Shown here: piece after piece, positions 15,826-25,800 of the stretch
Numbering within the stretch: position 1 is the first letter of the stretch
Layout: every line of letters starts with the position of its first letter
Source: a virus
Lineage: Duplodnaviria > Caudoviricetes
DNA length: 49,752 nt
Virus record (IMG/VR): IMGVR_UViG_3300025530_000155
Span: 1 to 49,752 of that record
Reading direction: 5' to 3' (one strand)
Position numbers and translations under genes: made by a program
The notes under the pieces: generated by a model
Databases searched by the model: none
The model's input: only the letters and a program-made list of their open reading frames with translations
Told to the model about the DNA's origin: nothing

Positions 15826-17475
15826 TCAGTTTCGAGGTACGGCCTTCGCCATAATCGGGAAGTTTCCTCCAGCCACAGCCCCTTCCTCAGTGGCTATCCT
15901 CACAAAGAACGACACGTCTTCGTCCGGGTCGAGAACAACGCCGTCAAACACAATATAGTCCTCGGGCACGAAGGGGTTGTTGTACTTACTTATCTGTATC
16001 TGAACACCTGATGGAGAAATGGAATTATCAACCCGTACTGATACGTTCTCCACTTCAAATGGGGACAGGTTCCTCAAGTAAACTCTTTGCGGCAACGAAG
16101 TTTGTCCTGCGATCAGCGTACCGAAATCGAGATACTTGAACACGTTGCCCGCGTTGTCCGAATAATACTCACCTTTCCCATCGTGGAACGCCAGTGCAGG
16201 TTTGATGACATATTGCACAGTTAAGACAGGTGAGTTTTCAGGACTATCGGGAGGGACTTGAAAATCTATATATGCGTGTCTAGGCGATACCGGATTTCTC
16301 CTGAACGCTATACCTGTTGTTCTTCTGTCTTTGAAAGGTCTAGTCAAATCTAACTCTATCCACTTCCCCGCCAAGCTTTCCCCTACATCGGGGTTTCCAA
16401 AATACCTTGTTCCCCTATACGGGGTAGAATATATCAAGTAATCGTCTTGTTGCGGTCTCGTAGCATATGTCACAGTCTCATCCCACTCAGTAACTGTAGC
16501 GTAAACCTCCATTGTTATTCCGTCATATCCTAAGTCAGACACGCGACCGTACCCGTCCCTATTAACTTTGATACGCAGAGTGGCTTTACTTACCTCAACT
16601 TGCTCGTTTTTCACTATATCTCTGATTATTTCGGGGTAAGTCAACAAAGAGAATACTTCTTCGTAATTAGAGTATCCGGGGTCATAGGGCCCAACGTACA
16701 TCCTCCCTAGCGCGGCATTGTACCTTGTCCCCGCTATACTTAGATTTTTCCATACGTACCATCCCGTTATAGAGACTGTGGGGTCTACGTATACAGGGTA
16801 CTCTGCGTTTTCCAAGAATTCCTCATCCTCAATTAATACCTTTAGGACGTAGAATTCCCCGTCATGTCCGGTCTCGTACCTTACGCCGTAGCTTATCTCT
16901 CCTGCGGCATCTACCATATAAGGCTTCTCTATTTCCCAAACCGTCTTTCCTGTCTTTTCTTCCACGATGTAGATTTCTTCGCCTTCCTGTTCAACGGATA
17001 CCCCGCCCATCTTCAACGTGTAAGTAAACTCCCTAATGTCCGTCTTACCGTTTAGGATTATATTCTCTTTCAGTTTGTCAGGGTTGGCTACGTACTCAAC
17101 GTCCACTCCTTCAAAACAGTTCTTGAAAACGAACGTCTCCTGACCTTTTTCGGCTTCTGTGGGATTGGCTCCTTTCAGTTTATAATTAAGCCATAATTCG
17201 TCCCCGTCCTCATTTACAAACTCTATTCCTACAAGGTGCTTATTTTCACTGGTCAGGTCTTGAAAGTAAGCCCTATAAACGTTCTCCGTAAGTGCATGGG
17301 AAAACTCCCAACTCTTTCTCTCTTTAATATCTAGGTTAACTTCCTCCCACGTTCCATCTTCCGTCTTGTAGTGGATAGGGTAGGACATTACCCTAGTTTC
17401 AAACTTTCCGCCGCCGAGGTCGAAAGTCTTTGAAGTCATTGTTCTCTTTTTTATTACCTCTATCATATCCCCCAC
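15826..17475 (-). CDS. Adhesin-like protein, operon A: WapA-like N-terminal domain, DNRLRE-like domain and conserved C-terminal domain
   Basis: RTMTSKTF..PIHYK..W, LKENIIL, KPYMVDA and YPVYVDPT; then WDETVTYATRP. C-terminal YSDNAGNVFKYLDFGTLIAGQTS matches 6896-9337. Confidence 0.7.
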   Translation of the reverse strand: MGDMIEVIKKRTMTSKTFDLGGGKFETRVMSYPIHYKTEDGTWEEVNLDIKERKSWEFSHALTENVYRAYFQDLTSENKHLVGIEFVNEDGDELWLNYKLKGANPTEAEKGQETFVFKNCFEGVDVEYVANPDKLKENIILNGKTDIREFTYTLKMGGVSVEQEGEEIYIVEEKTGKTVWEIEKPYMVDAAGEISYGVRYETGHDGEFYVLKVLIEDEEFLENAEYPVYVDPTVSITGWYVWKNLSIAGTRYNAALGRMYVGPYDPGYSNYEEVFSLLTYPEIIRDIVKNEQVEVSKATLRIKVNRDGYGRVSDLGYDGITMEVYATVTEWDETVTYATRPQQDDYLIYSTPYRGTRYFGNPDVGESLAGKWIELDLTRPFKDRRTTGIAFRRNPVSPRHAYIDFQVPPDSPENSPVLTVQYVIKPALAFHDGKGEYYSDNAGNVFKYLDFGTLIAGQTSLPQRVYLRNLSPFEVENVSVRVDNSISPSGVQIQISKYNNPFVPEDYIVFDGVVLDPDEDVSFFVRIATEEGAVAGGNFPIMAKAVPRN

Positions 17476-18066
17476 CTACCTTAATTCCCAATTAATACTT
17501 CCGCCCACTTCTTTCTTTAGCGGAGCGTCAATAACGCCAACTTCTCTATTGTTTCGGTAAATAACCAACTTACCATCCAAGTCAACGTTAGACACGAGCC
17601 TGAACTCAATCCTAGCTCTTTGCTGTAGAGGAATCTGACAGATAGCCCGGAAGTTTAACTTCACATCATCAAAGTCCAGTTTCACCTTGTATCCGACATT
17701 GAACTGCGTGATTACGTTGTACCCGGAGCCTGCGACCTTCGGGTCAAACAAAAATTCAGCATCTTTGTAGGTAATGATGTCGTTATACAGTATAGGTCTG
17801 CCAATGATCGGGTACGCCGTGTCTCCGACAACATACTTCGCCGTAATCATTTGACCGGCAATCTTGAAGATGCCGCCCAAGACCTCGAAGTAAGCGCTTA
17901 CTCCGTCGCCCACAAGACCGAAACGAACAAGCGAATTTCGGTCTATGTCGTAGAAGTTGTTTTCCTGCTTCGTAACGTAGTCAAACTCCGACAAGTAGGT
18001 TCCATTGATGTACTCCGCCACCCACGAGAACGGTTGTCTTGTTGGAGCTTTTGGATTCAAGAACAT
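17476..18066 (-). CDS. Hypothetical protein, operon A; paralogue of 10586-11191
   Basis: Full-length similarity to the paralogue is visible by eye. Confidence 0.8.
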   Translation of the reverse strand: MFLNPKAPTRQPFSWVAEYINGTYLSEFDYVTKQENNFYDIDRNSLVRFGLVGDGVSAYFEVLGGIFKIAGQMITAKYVVGDTAYPIIGRPILYNDIITYKDAEFLFDPKVAGSGYNVITQFNVGYKVKLDFDDVKLNFRAICQIPLQQRARIEFRLVSNVDLDGKLVIYRNNREVGVIDAPLKKEVGGSINWELR

Positions 18067-18076
18067 AACCTTTCCC

Positions 18077-18089
18077 CCATTGTATTGGA
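18077..18089 (-). repeat. 13-bp motif TCCAATACAATGG, copy 4
   Basis: Exact match, 10 nt before the ATG at 18066, overlapping the G-rich RBS. Confidence 0.95.
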
Positions 18090-18095
18090 CGAATT

Positions 18096-18127
18096 AAAAG
18101 TCATCCCCGCACAGTAAGTGCAGGGAT
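18096..18127 (-). terminator. Terminator/attenuator after the 155-aa subunit gene
   Basis: ATCCCTGCAC-TTACT-GTGCGGGGAT, then GACTTTT. Confidence 0.65.
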
Positions 18128-18133
18128 ATTGGA

Positions 18134-18601
18134 TTACGTGTATTGGTAAGCCACCCGTGTCAGGAAGGTGAAATTACCAGCCGTAGCCGTTGCAGGGACG
18201 TTTGCGTGAAGCGTAACCTTCGCGTAGTTTTGCTCTGCGCCGAGCGAACCGTCGTTTGCAGAGCCTTTGATCTTCCCTGCGTCGCCGCCCGACAGCCCTT
18301 TGGCTTGGATGGCTTTGGTGGTCGTTCCGCCAATCGGCGTGAAATCAGTTTCATCCATCGAGTCAACGCGGGCCTCAATCCACTTGTTCAGGACGATCTC
18401 GCCCGTGTTGCCGCCGAGGATGTCCTTGGTCGTGATCGTGCAGTTGGTCATATCCGACAGGGCTTCCGAGCCGCCACGATTGTTCCAAATCAAGAACGTG
18501 GTGTCGGGTGACACGCTACCTGCATCGACGATGCCAATTTGCCAATCAGTCTTTTGCTCAGTGTTGCTGACATCGTACCACGATACAATCGGAGCCGCCA
18601 T
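18134..18601 (-). CDS. Putative abundant virion fibre subunit, operon A
   Basis: 155 aa, Gly/Ala/Thr-rich beta protein. Codon style resembles the capsid gene by eye, and a hairpin follows. Paralogue of 11226-11771. Confidence 0.75.
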   Translation of the reverse strand: MAAPIVSWYDVSNTEQKTDWQIGIVDAGSVSPDTTFLIWNNRGGSEALSDMTNCTITTKDILGGNTGEIVLNKWIEARVDSMDETDFTPIGGTTTKAIQAKGLSGGDAGKIKGSANDGSLGAEQNYAKVTLHANVPATATAGNFTFLTRVAYQYT

Positions 18602-18615
18602 TTCCCATCAACCTT

Positions 18616-19056
18616 TCACTCATAGATTTTTACGGTCAGTTGAACCGTGAAGCCCTCAGCACCCTCGCTGACGGCAGGAACGTTCAATCTGATATAGTCG
18701 AACCTGTTAATCGTTTCATCAGACACGAGACTAACGTCTGCCGTGCTGGTCAGTTCGTTGGCAGGGATAACGGCAGGGGAGCTTAGAATCTCCGTCCACT
18801 CCCCGCCTGTGTATCCATCGACAGGACTCTTTTCAATGATAATTTCGGTGTCTCCGCTTACCCCCGCCTTAGAGCAGAAAACAGAAACGCCGACTATCTT
18901 CCCGTCATGGGGAAACTGAACAACAAGCGACTGCGCGCCAAGGTTCGTAACCTTCGGCAGAACAAGCACGATGGTCTTCGTGTCCGCTCCGCTTTCAAGG
19001 AACTGGCTCAGTTTATTCGCACTAAGCACCGCCTTGTTGTAGGAGAGGATGTCCAC
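18616..19056 (-). CDS. Small beta-rich virion protein, first gene of operon A
   Basis: Paralogue of 11785-12192; RBS GGGAGTGG. Confidence 0.75.
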   Translation of the reverse strand: MDILSYNKAVLSANKLSQFLESGADTKTIVLVLPKVTNLGAQSLVVQFPHDGKIVGVSVFCSKAGVSGDTEIIIEKSPVDGYTGGEWTEILSSPAVIPANELTSTADVSLVSDETINRFDYIRLNVPAVSEGAEGFTVQLTVKIYE

Positions 19057-19069
19057 TTAGACCACTCCC

Positions 19070-20056
19070 TTACTGCGTGACTTTCTTGTACTTAACATAT
19101 AGAACGTCCGGTACTCCGTTCACGACCTTGAGCGTATCCGGCGCAAAGTCGAAGCCGATAATGTTTCCGTTACCGTCCGTCTTGTACACGAAGTTTATTC
19201 CCGGAGCCTGAACCGCACCGTTGATGAACAGGAGAACCGAACCCGGACGGGCAACGCCTTTCACGAGATCATATTCCGTCTCGTCCCCCTCGGCCTCGTA
19301 GACTTCTTCCTCATCCTCATTTTCAAGAGTAGTAACCCGTTCCTCAAGATCGGAAATATCAGACCCGACATCTCCTATAGCTTCCTCGACATCTGCAATC
19401 TGATCTACGATAGACTTTGCAAGGTTCGCATTGCCGTCGTTATCAAGCGACCCGCCACTACCGTAAATGTCCTTCATCAATTGGATGAGGTTCATGTAAG
19501 CCCTAGCGTCAGTTGCGCCCTCTACGAATCCTGCGCCGCCCTTAATGATAGAGTCAACAGGAATCACGGACAGGTTGGTACGAACAACGAAACGGTAGTC
19601 GATGTTACCTGCACCTGCGTCGAAAGTGTACGGCTGTTCCGTACCTCCCGCGATGGAGTAGAACTTGAGTGTATATACGCCTGCGTTTTCTTCCAAACGA
19701 CCGTAAACTACATCGGAATCATCATCTCCGATTGGGCTATCCGTTCCTGTAGCGCGAATCTGCACCTTCTCGGTCAGTACGACACCTTCAACGGAAGTGC
19801 CAGTAGACACTGGGCGACCGCCGACATCATCAGTAACATCGAGTTCACTCAGACCTGCGACAGCGACATCGTTCACTTGAACGAAAACGTCGATTTTGGT
19901 GTCTTCAAGGATTTCGCGGTGATTGTGCCACTGGATGTTTACCTTGTCTTCACCGATCTTATGGTCAGAGTCGAAGTGGTAGTCACGCAAAACACCTGCG
20001 CGAATCTGTTCGCCGCGAAGACCAGCGATACCACGAGTACCCGCCATCCTTACCAC
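19070..20056 (-). CDS. Virion structural (fibre/collar-like) protein
   Basis: Central coiled coil (IADVEEAI..LEERVTTLE) and a C-terminal small beta domain (VLLFINGAVQAPG). Confidence 0.6.
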   Translation of the reverse strand: MVRMAGTRGIAGLRGEQIRAGVLRDYHFDSDHKIGEDKVNIQWHNHREILEDTKIDVFVQVNDVAVAGLSELDVTDDVGGRPVSTGTSVEGVVLTEKVQIRATGTDSPIGDDDSDVVYGRLEENAGVYTLKFYSIAGGTEQPYTFDAGAGNIDYRFVVRTNLSVIPVDSIIKGGAGFVEGATDARAYMNLIQLMKDIYGSGGSLDNDGNANLAKSIVDQIADVEEAIGDVGSDISDLEERVTTLENEDEEEVYEAEGDETEYDLVKGVARPGSVLLFINGAVQAPGINFVYKTDGNGNIIGFDFAPDTLKVVNGVPDVLYVKYKKVTQ

Positions 20057-20063
20057 CCCTTTA

Positions 20064-20113
20064 TAAAGAAATTTCCCCTACATTGAGTATAGTTCGTAGG
20101 TAATGTAGGGGAA
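20064..20113 (-). terminator. Long hairpin, possible terminator or processing site
   Basis: 12-bp perfect stem TTCCCCTACATT/AATGTAGGGGAA (20073-20084 and 20102-20113), 17-nt loop, then ATTTCTTT. Confidence 0.6.
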
Positions 20114-20117
20114 CCGA

Positions 20118-21755
20118 TTAACGTAGAGTCTCGGACAAAACTCGCTCAATTCTTCCTTGGGAGTTGTAGGTGTAAGTCTTCACCGTTACCCGCCCGTCTC
20201 GGGTCACTGTCTCCTTCGTGATTTTGCCGAGATCGTTGTATTCGTATTCTTTTTCTATCCGGTAATCTCCGCTTACGATCTCCTTGACTACGTTTCCTTC
20301 ATTGTCGTACTCGAAGATAATCTCGTAGTCTCCCTCGCCCAACAGATAGTCAAGACCTTTTTGCAAGGTACTTGCCAGCGTGTAGGCAACGTCCAGCTTG
20401 TCTCCGTACTCTACAACAAAGACGCCGGACACTACGATTTCGTTGTCACTGTAAGCATAGGTCTTCGTGTACTCCGTGTCCCCGATTCTAGCCGTCTCTA
20501 CTGAAATCAGGCCATTTTCATACTCGTAGTCAATGTCGTAAACGAAGCTACCGGTTATCTCCTGTCCTGTAATGTTTCCGTCTTGGTCTACCCCGTACAG
20601 TACGTCCTTGCGGTACAGCGAGCATACTGCCCGACCGAATGCTGAAACCAATTCCATTGAATACCCTGTTTCGCGGAACAGATTTCCATTTTCATACAGG
20701 TATAGCTTCTCGTAAGTCTCACCAAACACGTTCAGGGTTTCCTTGGTAACTAATCCGTCAGTGTATTCGTAGGTCTTGACGTACTCGACCTCGCCCTTGG
20801 ATACTTCCTCCACCACGTTGCCCGCCGAGTCCAATAGGTATTCCTTGTGTACGTAGTACCGGGTAGGTCGGAGGTAATTGTGGAGCGTCAAGGTAGATAG
20901 CCAGTCTACCTTGTTTCCGTACTCCCTGATCTTATTCCCGTCGCTGTCGTACTCATAGGTACAGACATAGGAGGCTCCTTCAAACACGGTCACTTCCGTC
21001 AGGAGCTTGTTCGTAATCGGGTCGTAGACAAACGTCTTGGTGTACGGAAAGTCGCCCGTGGCGATCTCTTGAATCACGTTACCTGTGTTCGGGTCTAGAA
21101 TGTACCGTATTTCAGCATTGTAGGTTAGCGGCTGTCTAACTGCTTCTCCCGACCCGCCGCGAGAGGCCAAATCCTCAATGTAATCCAGCCGGTCATCGAG
21201 AGTAGGGAAAACACTACGGGCGTCAGACAGTTCCGTTTCGATATTTTCAATTCGTTCAAGCAGATCGTCAGGAATCGGGGCCGACCCTTTCAACTGGTCG
21301 ATTTCATCCTGCATGAAGTTCAACCGACTGCGTAGGTCGGGGAACACGATCTCGTCGTCCGAATAGTTCCTAGCCTTTCGTACTTCTATCTCAACGGCTG
21401 TCAGCCGACTGTTAAGTCCGGTCGGACTGTAAATAAGGGAATCGGAATTGAACCATTCCTTAATGACGATTTCATCCCCGACCTGTAGAGTGGCCGGGAC
21501 TTGGTTTCCTTCGTCGTCATAAGTCCTGATGTCCAAACGGATGTGGGTATCGTCTACTTCCTCGTACCCGCCGCCCTCCGTCAACCTATTACCATTCAGG
21601 TAGACATCAAGGACTTTCTTCCCCATCTCGTAGGGGTATTCAAGTGTGATAAGGTTGGGGTCATCGTGTTCGGACAAGTATTCTTCGGTGACGATGATTT
21701 CTTGGTAGCGCCAGTTAAGCGCTTGTGTAGGCTTTTTGACCCTGAAATCCAGCAC
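20118..21755 (-). CDS. Tail-associated protein with coiled coil and YD-like repeats
   Basis: LDVYLNG domain, DAR..FPTLDDRL motif, and repeated YEYDxxGNxxxE units. Confidence 0.65.
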   Translation of the reverse strand: MLDFRVKKPTQALNWRYQEIIVTEEYLSEHDDPNLITLEYPYEMGKKVLDVYLNGNRLTEGGGYEEVDDTHIRLDIRTYDDEGNQVPATLQVGDEIVIKEWFNSDSLIYSPTGLNSRLTAVEIEVRKARNYSDDEIVFPDLRSRLNFMQDEIDQLKGSAPIPDDLLERIENIETELSDARSVFPTLDDRLDYIEDLASRGGSGEAVRQPLTYNAEIRYILDPNTGNVIQEIATGDFPYTKTFVYDPITNKLLTEVTVFEGASYVCTYEYDSDGNKIREYGNKVDWLSTLTLHNYLRPTRYYVHKEYLLDSAGNVVEEVSKGEVEYVKTYEYTDGLVTKETLNVFGETYEKLYLYENGNLFRETGYSMELVSAFGRAVCSLYRKDVLYGVDQDGNITGQEITGSFVYDIDYEYENGLISVETARIGDTEYTKTYAYSDNEIVVSGVFVVEYGDKLDVAYTLASTLQKGLDYLLGEGDYEIIFEYDNEGNVVKEIVSGDYRIEKEYEYNDLGKITKETVTRDGRVTVKTYTYNSQGRIERVLSETLR

Positions 21756-21772
21756 GTCCTAACCCACCACCC

Positions 21773-22867
21773 TTACCACACATTGATAACGAAGTCAAAC
21801 AGGTAGTCGTCTACCATTACCGGGACGGAGCTTCGTGTTATCCTAGCCCAAAAGAACACGCTTCCGCTGGCCGGTACTTGACTTATCATTAGGGATTTTT
21901 GGAAGTTTCCGCTCGGAACGCCGTTCACGTCTTCGCAGATTTCGACCCATTCCCACCCGAACTCATTCATGTATTGCTGAATAGCAATATTTACATTGTC
22001 GTGCGGAATGTTGCTCATGTTCCTGAGTTCGAGTCTGAAATCTTTGTAGAACGAGTCTATGTACCCGAAGTCATTTTCGTGAACATCCAGCGGCTCCCCG
22101 TTGTAGTACACTTCAAGGAAGTTTCCGCAGTGGAACACATCCCCTCCGAACACGTCGTCGTGAACACCCTGAGCCGTCAGGTTACCTTCTTCGTCGTACA
22201 CTTTGACTTCGATCTTGAGCGGCATGACGTACTCGAACACGCTCAAGTCTTCTTCGTAGCCACAGTCTTCGAGGACTGCAATCAGCACCGGGTCTTCCTC
22301 CCGGATGTCGTAAATCTCGACCCTTGCGTTCTTAGGGAGCGCCCTAAAGCTTATCTTCGTGTCCTCGTAGACGGAGAGGGTATGAATCTTTAGCGTCTCC
22401 CCCTCGTCTCCCTCAAGCTCGACGCCCCACAGGGTCGCATTGGGAAACTTAATGGAGCCGCGAATGTCCCAATCCTTACCATTCTCCGAACCGTAGCCCT
22501 CGTACTCGTCTCCCTTCTTCACCATCCGAACATACGGATACGATAGAGTTGTCCCGATTTCTTCGTTGTAATATTCCAACAGTTCCAGCTTCTCCGAGTC
22601 TGTGATGTACGCGACGAACCCTCCGAAGTCCTTGGACATTATAGGATTGTACGTGTTACGCATCTCAAGAACAGCGTTCGTCGGCAACTCTCTAAGGAGA
22701 TAAGCAGGGAACTTGCCATGAAGGAGGTTGAGAGTACCGTCAGTCAAGTCTATATAAAACCGATCAGTGGACGGGTGCATCTGCCACCCGTCCGCGATCA
22801 GGTCAATGCTATTGCGAAAGTCCTCGTGGACAATCTTCCCCGACTTGACACGCTTGACGTGAATCAC
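21773..22867 (-). CDS. Virion protein with ConA-like beta-sandwich and C-terminal Ig-like domain
   Basis: YVRMVKKGDEYEGYGSENGKDW lectin-like motif; C-terminal DFG..LELRN..VFFWARI. Confidence 0.6.
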   Translation of the reverse strand: MIHVKRVKSGKIVHEDFRNSIDLIADGWQMHPSTDRFYIDLTDGTLNLLHGKFPAYLLRELPTNAVLEMRNTYNPIMSKDFGGFVAYITDSEKLELLEYYNEEIGTTLSYPYVRMVKKGDEYEGYGSENGKDWDIRGSIKFPNATLWGVELEGDEGETLKIHTLSVYEDTKISFRALPKNARVEIYDIREEDPVLIAVLEDCGYEEDLSVFEYVMPLKIEVKVYDEEGNLTAQGVHDDVFGGDVFHCGNFLEVYYNGEPLDVHENDFGYIDSFYKDFRLELRNMSNIPHDNVNIAIQQYMNEFGWEWVEICEDVNGVPSGNFQKSLMISQVPASGSVFFWARITRSSVPVMVDDYLFDFVINVW

Positions 22868-22878
22868 AATAGCACCCC

Positions 22879-25800
22879 CTACTCAATAATCCATATGTTG
22901 CGCTCCCCTTTACATCCTTGGTGGTGCCTTCGATAGTATTCGAGGAGGTTTTCGATCAGGAGCTTTACAGCCATGTGCCCGCCGCACCCGATAAATTCCT
23001 CCACCACTTCCGCCCCTACTACCTTCATGCCCTTGACAACGATGTTGTCAACAAAGGATGCGTCCTGAGATTCCGAGGTCTCCGTTCCGATCTTCTTAAA
23101 GACCCACTTGGCTTCATGCTCACCTTCCAGTATAGGAAAAGAGTAAGCTCTTTTAGTTTCCGCCGAGTAATCTTTAACCCGAGGTACGCTATCATTGTCC
23201 AAATAGAAGTCAATGGCGTACTTCGGTTTTTCGACCGGAATCACGATAGCGGGTGCGTCTACTATCACGTTGTCAATGTACGCATCAAACCGTGGTTTGC
23301 CTCTGTATTTTGCGTTTCGGAACGAGGACTTAGGGTTGGAGAAGGCCATCAGGCCGCTCGCCCCGTGTCCCCAACCGCTAGGGTCGGTGACATTAAGGTA
23401 CTGCCTTCCGTCAATGTAAATGGTGAACCTGTTACCCCTCACGACAGCGCGTAGCTTGTGCCAACGACCGAGTTGGAATCGGAAGTCAGGGTTGATCGTC
23501 CACGTCGGCGACCACGGGCTTCCTTGCTGTTGCCCGTTCACTACCTTCAACAGACCGCCCGGATTCTGCGGGTCAAGGTGGCTCCACGTACCGAAGGCGT
23601 AGTAGTTGTTCGGGTCGCGGTAGTTCAGGACAACGCCAATCCAGTCAATCAAACCGTAGTTCTCCGGGATGTCCTCCGTCTTGAACTCTACCTCGAACTC
23701 ATACTCGCTGTCCTGAACCCACTGCGGGTTAATGACCATAGCGATTTCCGGGGTGTTCTCGTCTTCGTAGATGACGTTGCCCTCGACCACCCACTGCGTC
23801 TGATAGCCGACCTTGCGCCACTCAGTTTGAATCTGTTGGGCCGAAAACAGGATTTCAGCCATGTTGTTACCTTCGGCCTGCGGCACCCTTACCTCGAAGT
23901 AGTAGTCTCCCGGAGCGACATTGTTCAGACGTATGTTGGAGTATTGGGTCACGCCGACCGACCTCCAAACAACCGTACCGTCCGTGCGCTTCAAGAGCAG
24001 GTTGGTTTCCATGTTGGTATCGATTCCGTAGGTAAATTGGATGGCCGGAGTCTGTGCATTGGTTGGGACGTTGAACGTATTCGTTCTGTACGTCTTCACC
24101 CGCGCTGGATTCTCTACCCCTAGTCCAGTACCGCCCTGTGTCGGAACCGGAACCCACCCGTCACCTTTGATCTTGAAGTTGTCAGGAAGTCCCTCGAAGT
24201 TCTCCGAGAACAGGATACCGCCCGGCAGAATTTCAGGAGGCCTGTCGGGAACGACGTTCCCTACCTCAAAGCTGATCGTAGACGAGCGAGTCTTCTTCGG
24301 CAACTCAAAGTCTAAGTATGCCTTGTTCTGCTCTGTCTGCACAACCGGATGCCCTTCAAGTACCCAACCGTATCCGGGAACGTACTTGCGAGACGAACCC
24401 TCCGTCCGAATAAGTTCAGAGAACGGATAGACCTCGAACTGCTCCACGAAATCTCCGTAGGTGTACACGATCTTTACGCGATAGAACCTGTTCGTGATTC
24501 CCAGCGCCATCCACCGGATGAATCTGTAAATCCTCCACAGTTCGTCCGGCGTGTACTCCTTCGATTCGTCCCACTCCGCCACAAGCTTTTCGACCTGCTC
24601 GTACAGCATGTTCATGACACGAGAAATTGTGTCAATCGGCGTAGAGCCTTGGAACCTCGTCTTGTAAGCATCGTAAATTTTGACGATGTACTCAATGAAT
24701 GAATACAGGTTACAAGGGTTGATCGCCATTGGCTCTTTTCCGCCCACGTCCGCGCCATTGCTGATCGGCTCGTTGAGAACCGAGTACGGAGGAAGGACGT
24801 AAGGGTCACCGTTATCGTCCGTGTGTCCGGTCGGGAAGTACGGTTCCCACGTAACAGGGTCATAGAAGCCATCCATGTTCGGGTTCTCGAAGTTGAAGTC
24901 CTTGAGCGGAACAATCAACCAGTCGTCACACACGTACCCTTCCGTACATACCCACTCAAACAGTGGGTCTTCCGGCTCAGGGTCAGGTTCAAGGTCGGGC
25001 CGTCTACGGTATTTCAGGTCAGGTGGCCCACTGCAACTTAGGACTGCAATGTCGTAATCCGTGTCCTCCATCCCCACGTCAGGGAACAGTTTGACACCGA
25101 TCACAAGCTGGTCGGTTTCCGGCCTTTGGACTTCGGGGTCATTCGCAAGCTCGCCCCACATCTCCTGATAAACGCTAGGAGCAAGAACGTCATCCTCACT
25201 GACCAACTCGCCCCACATCTCCATCGAATAAGACGGGACGAGAGGTTCGGACTCGCTGACAAGCTCGCCGAACAATTCGACCTCAAAAGTTTCCGTAAGC
25301 TCTACTTCCGGGCCAACGATTTCAGCGAAGATGTCTTCGTCCGGTACGAACGTAATAGGTTCTTCCTCGCTCGTCAACTCAGCGAAGATAAACTCGTCCT
25401 GAGTGTCAGAGAACACTGGACTGTCAATGTTCCAAAGCTCCCCGTGTTCTGTAAACAGTTCCGTGAACCGCTTGTTGTCGTACTTGATGAAGTGTAGTTC
25501 TTCCAGTACGTTCGTGTTGTCCCTGTTCACAGAATCCCGACCGAAAAGGGAATCAAGGATTACTGCATCATTACCGTACTCTCCGATTCCGTAAAACTTC
25601 GGTTCCAGTTCCTCTGCTTGCTTGGAGAACCTTACGAAATCGTAATATAGCTTGTCGAGAAGCGACAGGTAAGTCTTCGTATCCTCTGCCTTAACCTCGT
25701 GGTCAAACTTGATCTCAACAGTCGTCGGATGGACCTTCGTACCTTGAACCTTTTCCTCGATCTCCTGTCCCGCCCGGATGACATTCCTGTCAAACTCAAG

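Noticed and set aside
6874-18089. Invertible shufflon or CRISPR array based on the 13-bp motif
   Set aside because: All four copies are in direct orientation and all genes are on one strand. I saw no inverted copy by eye, and the spacing is kilobases.
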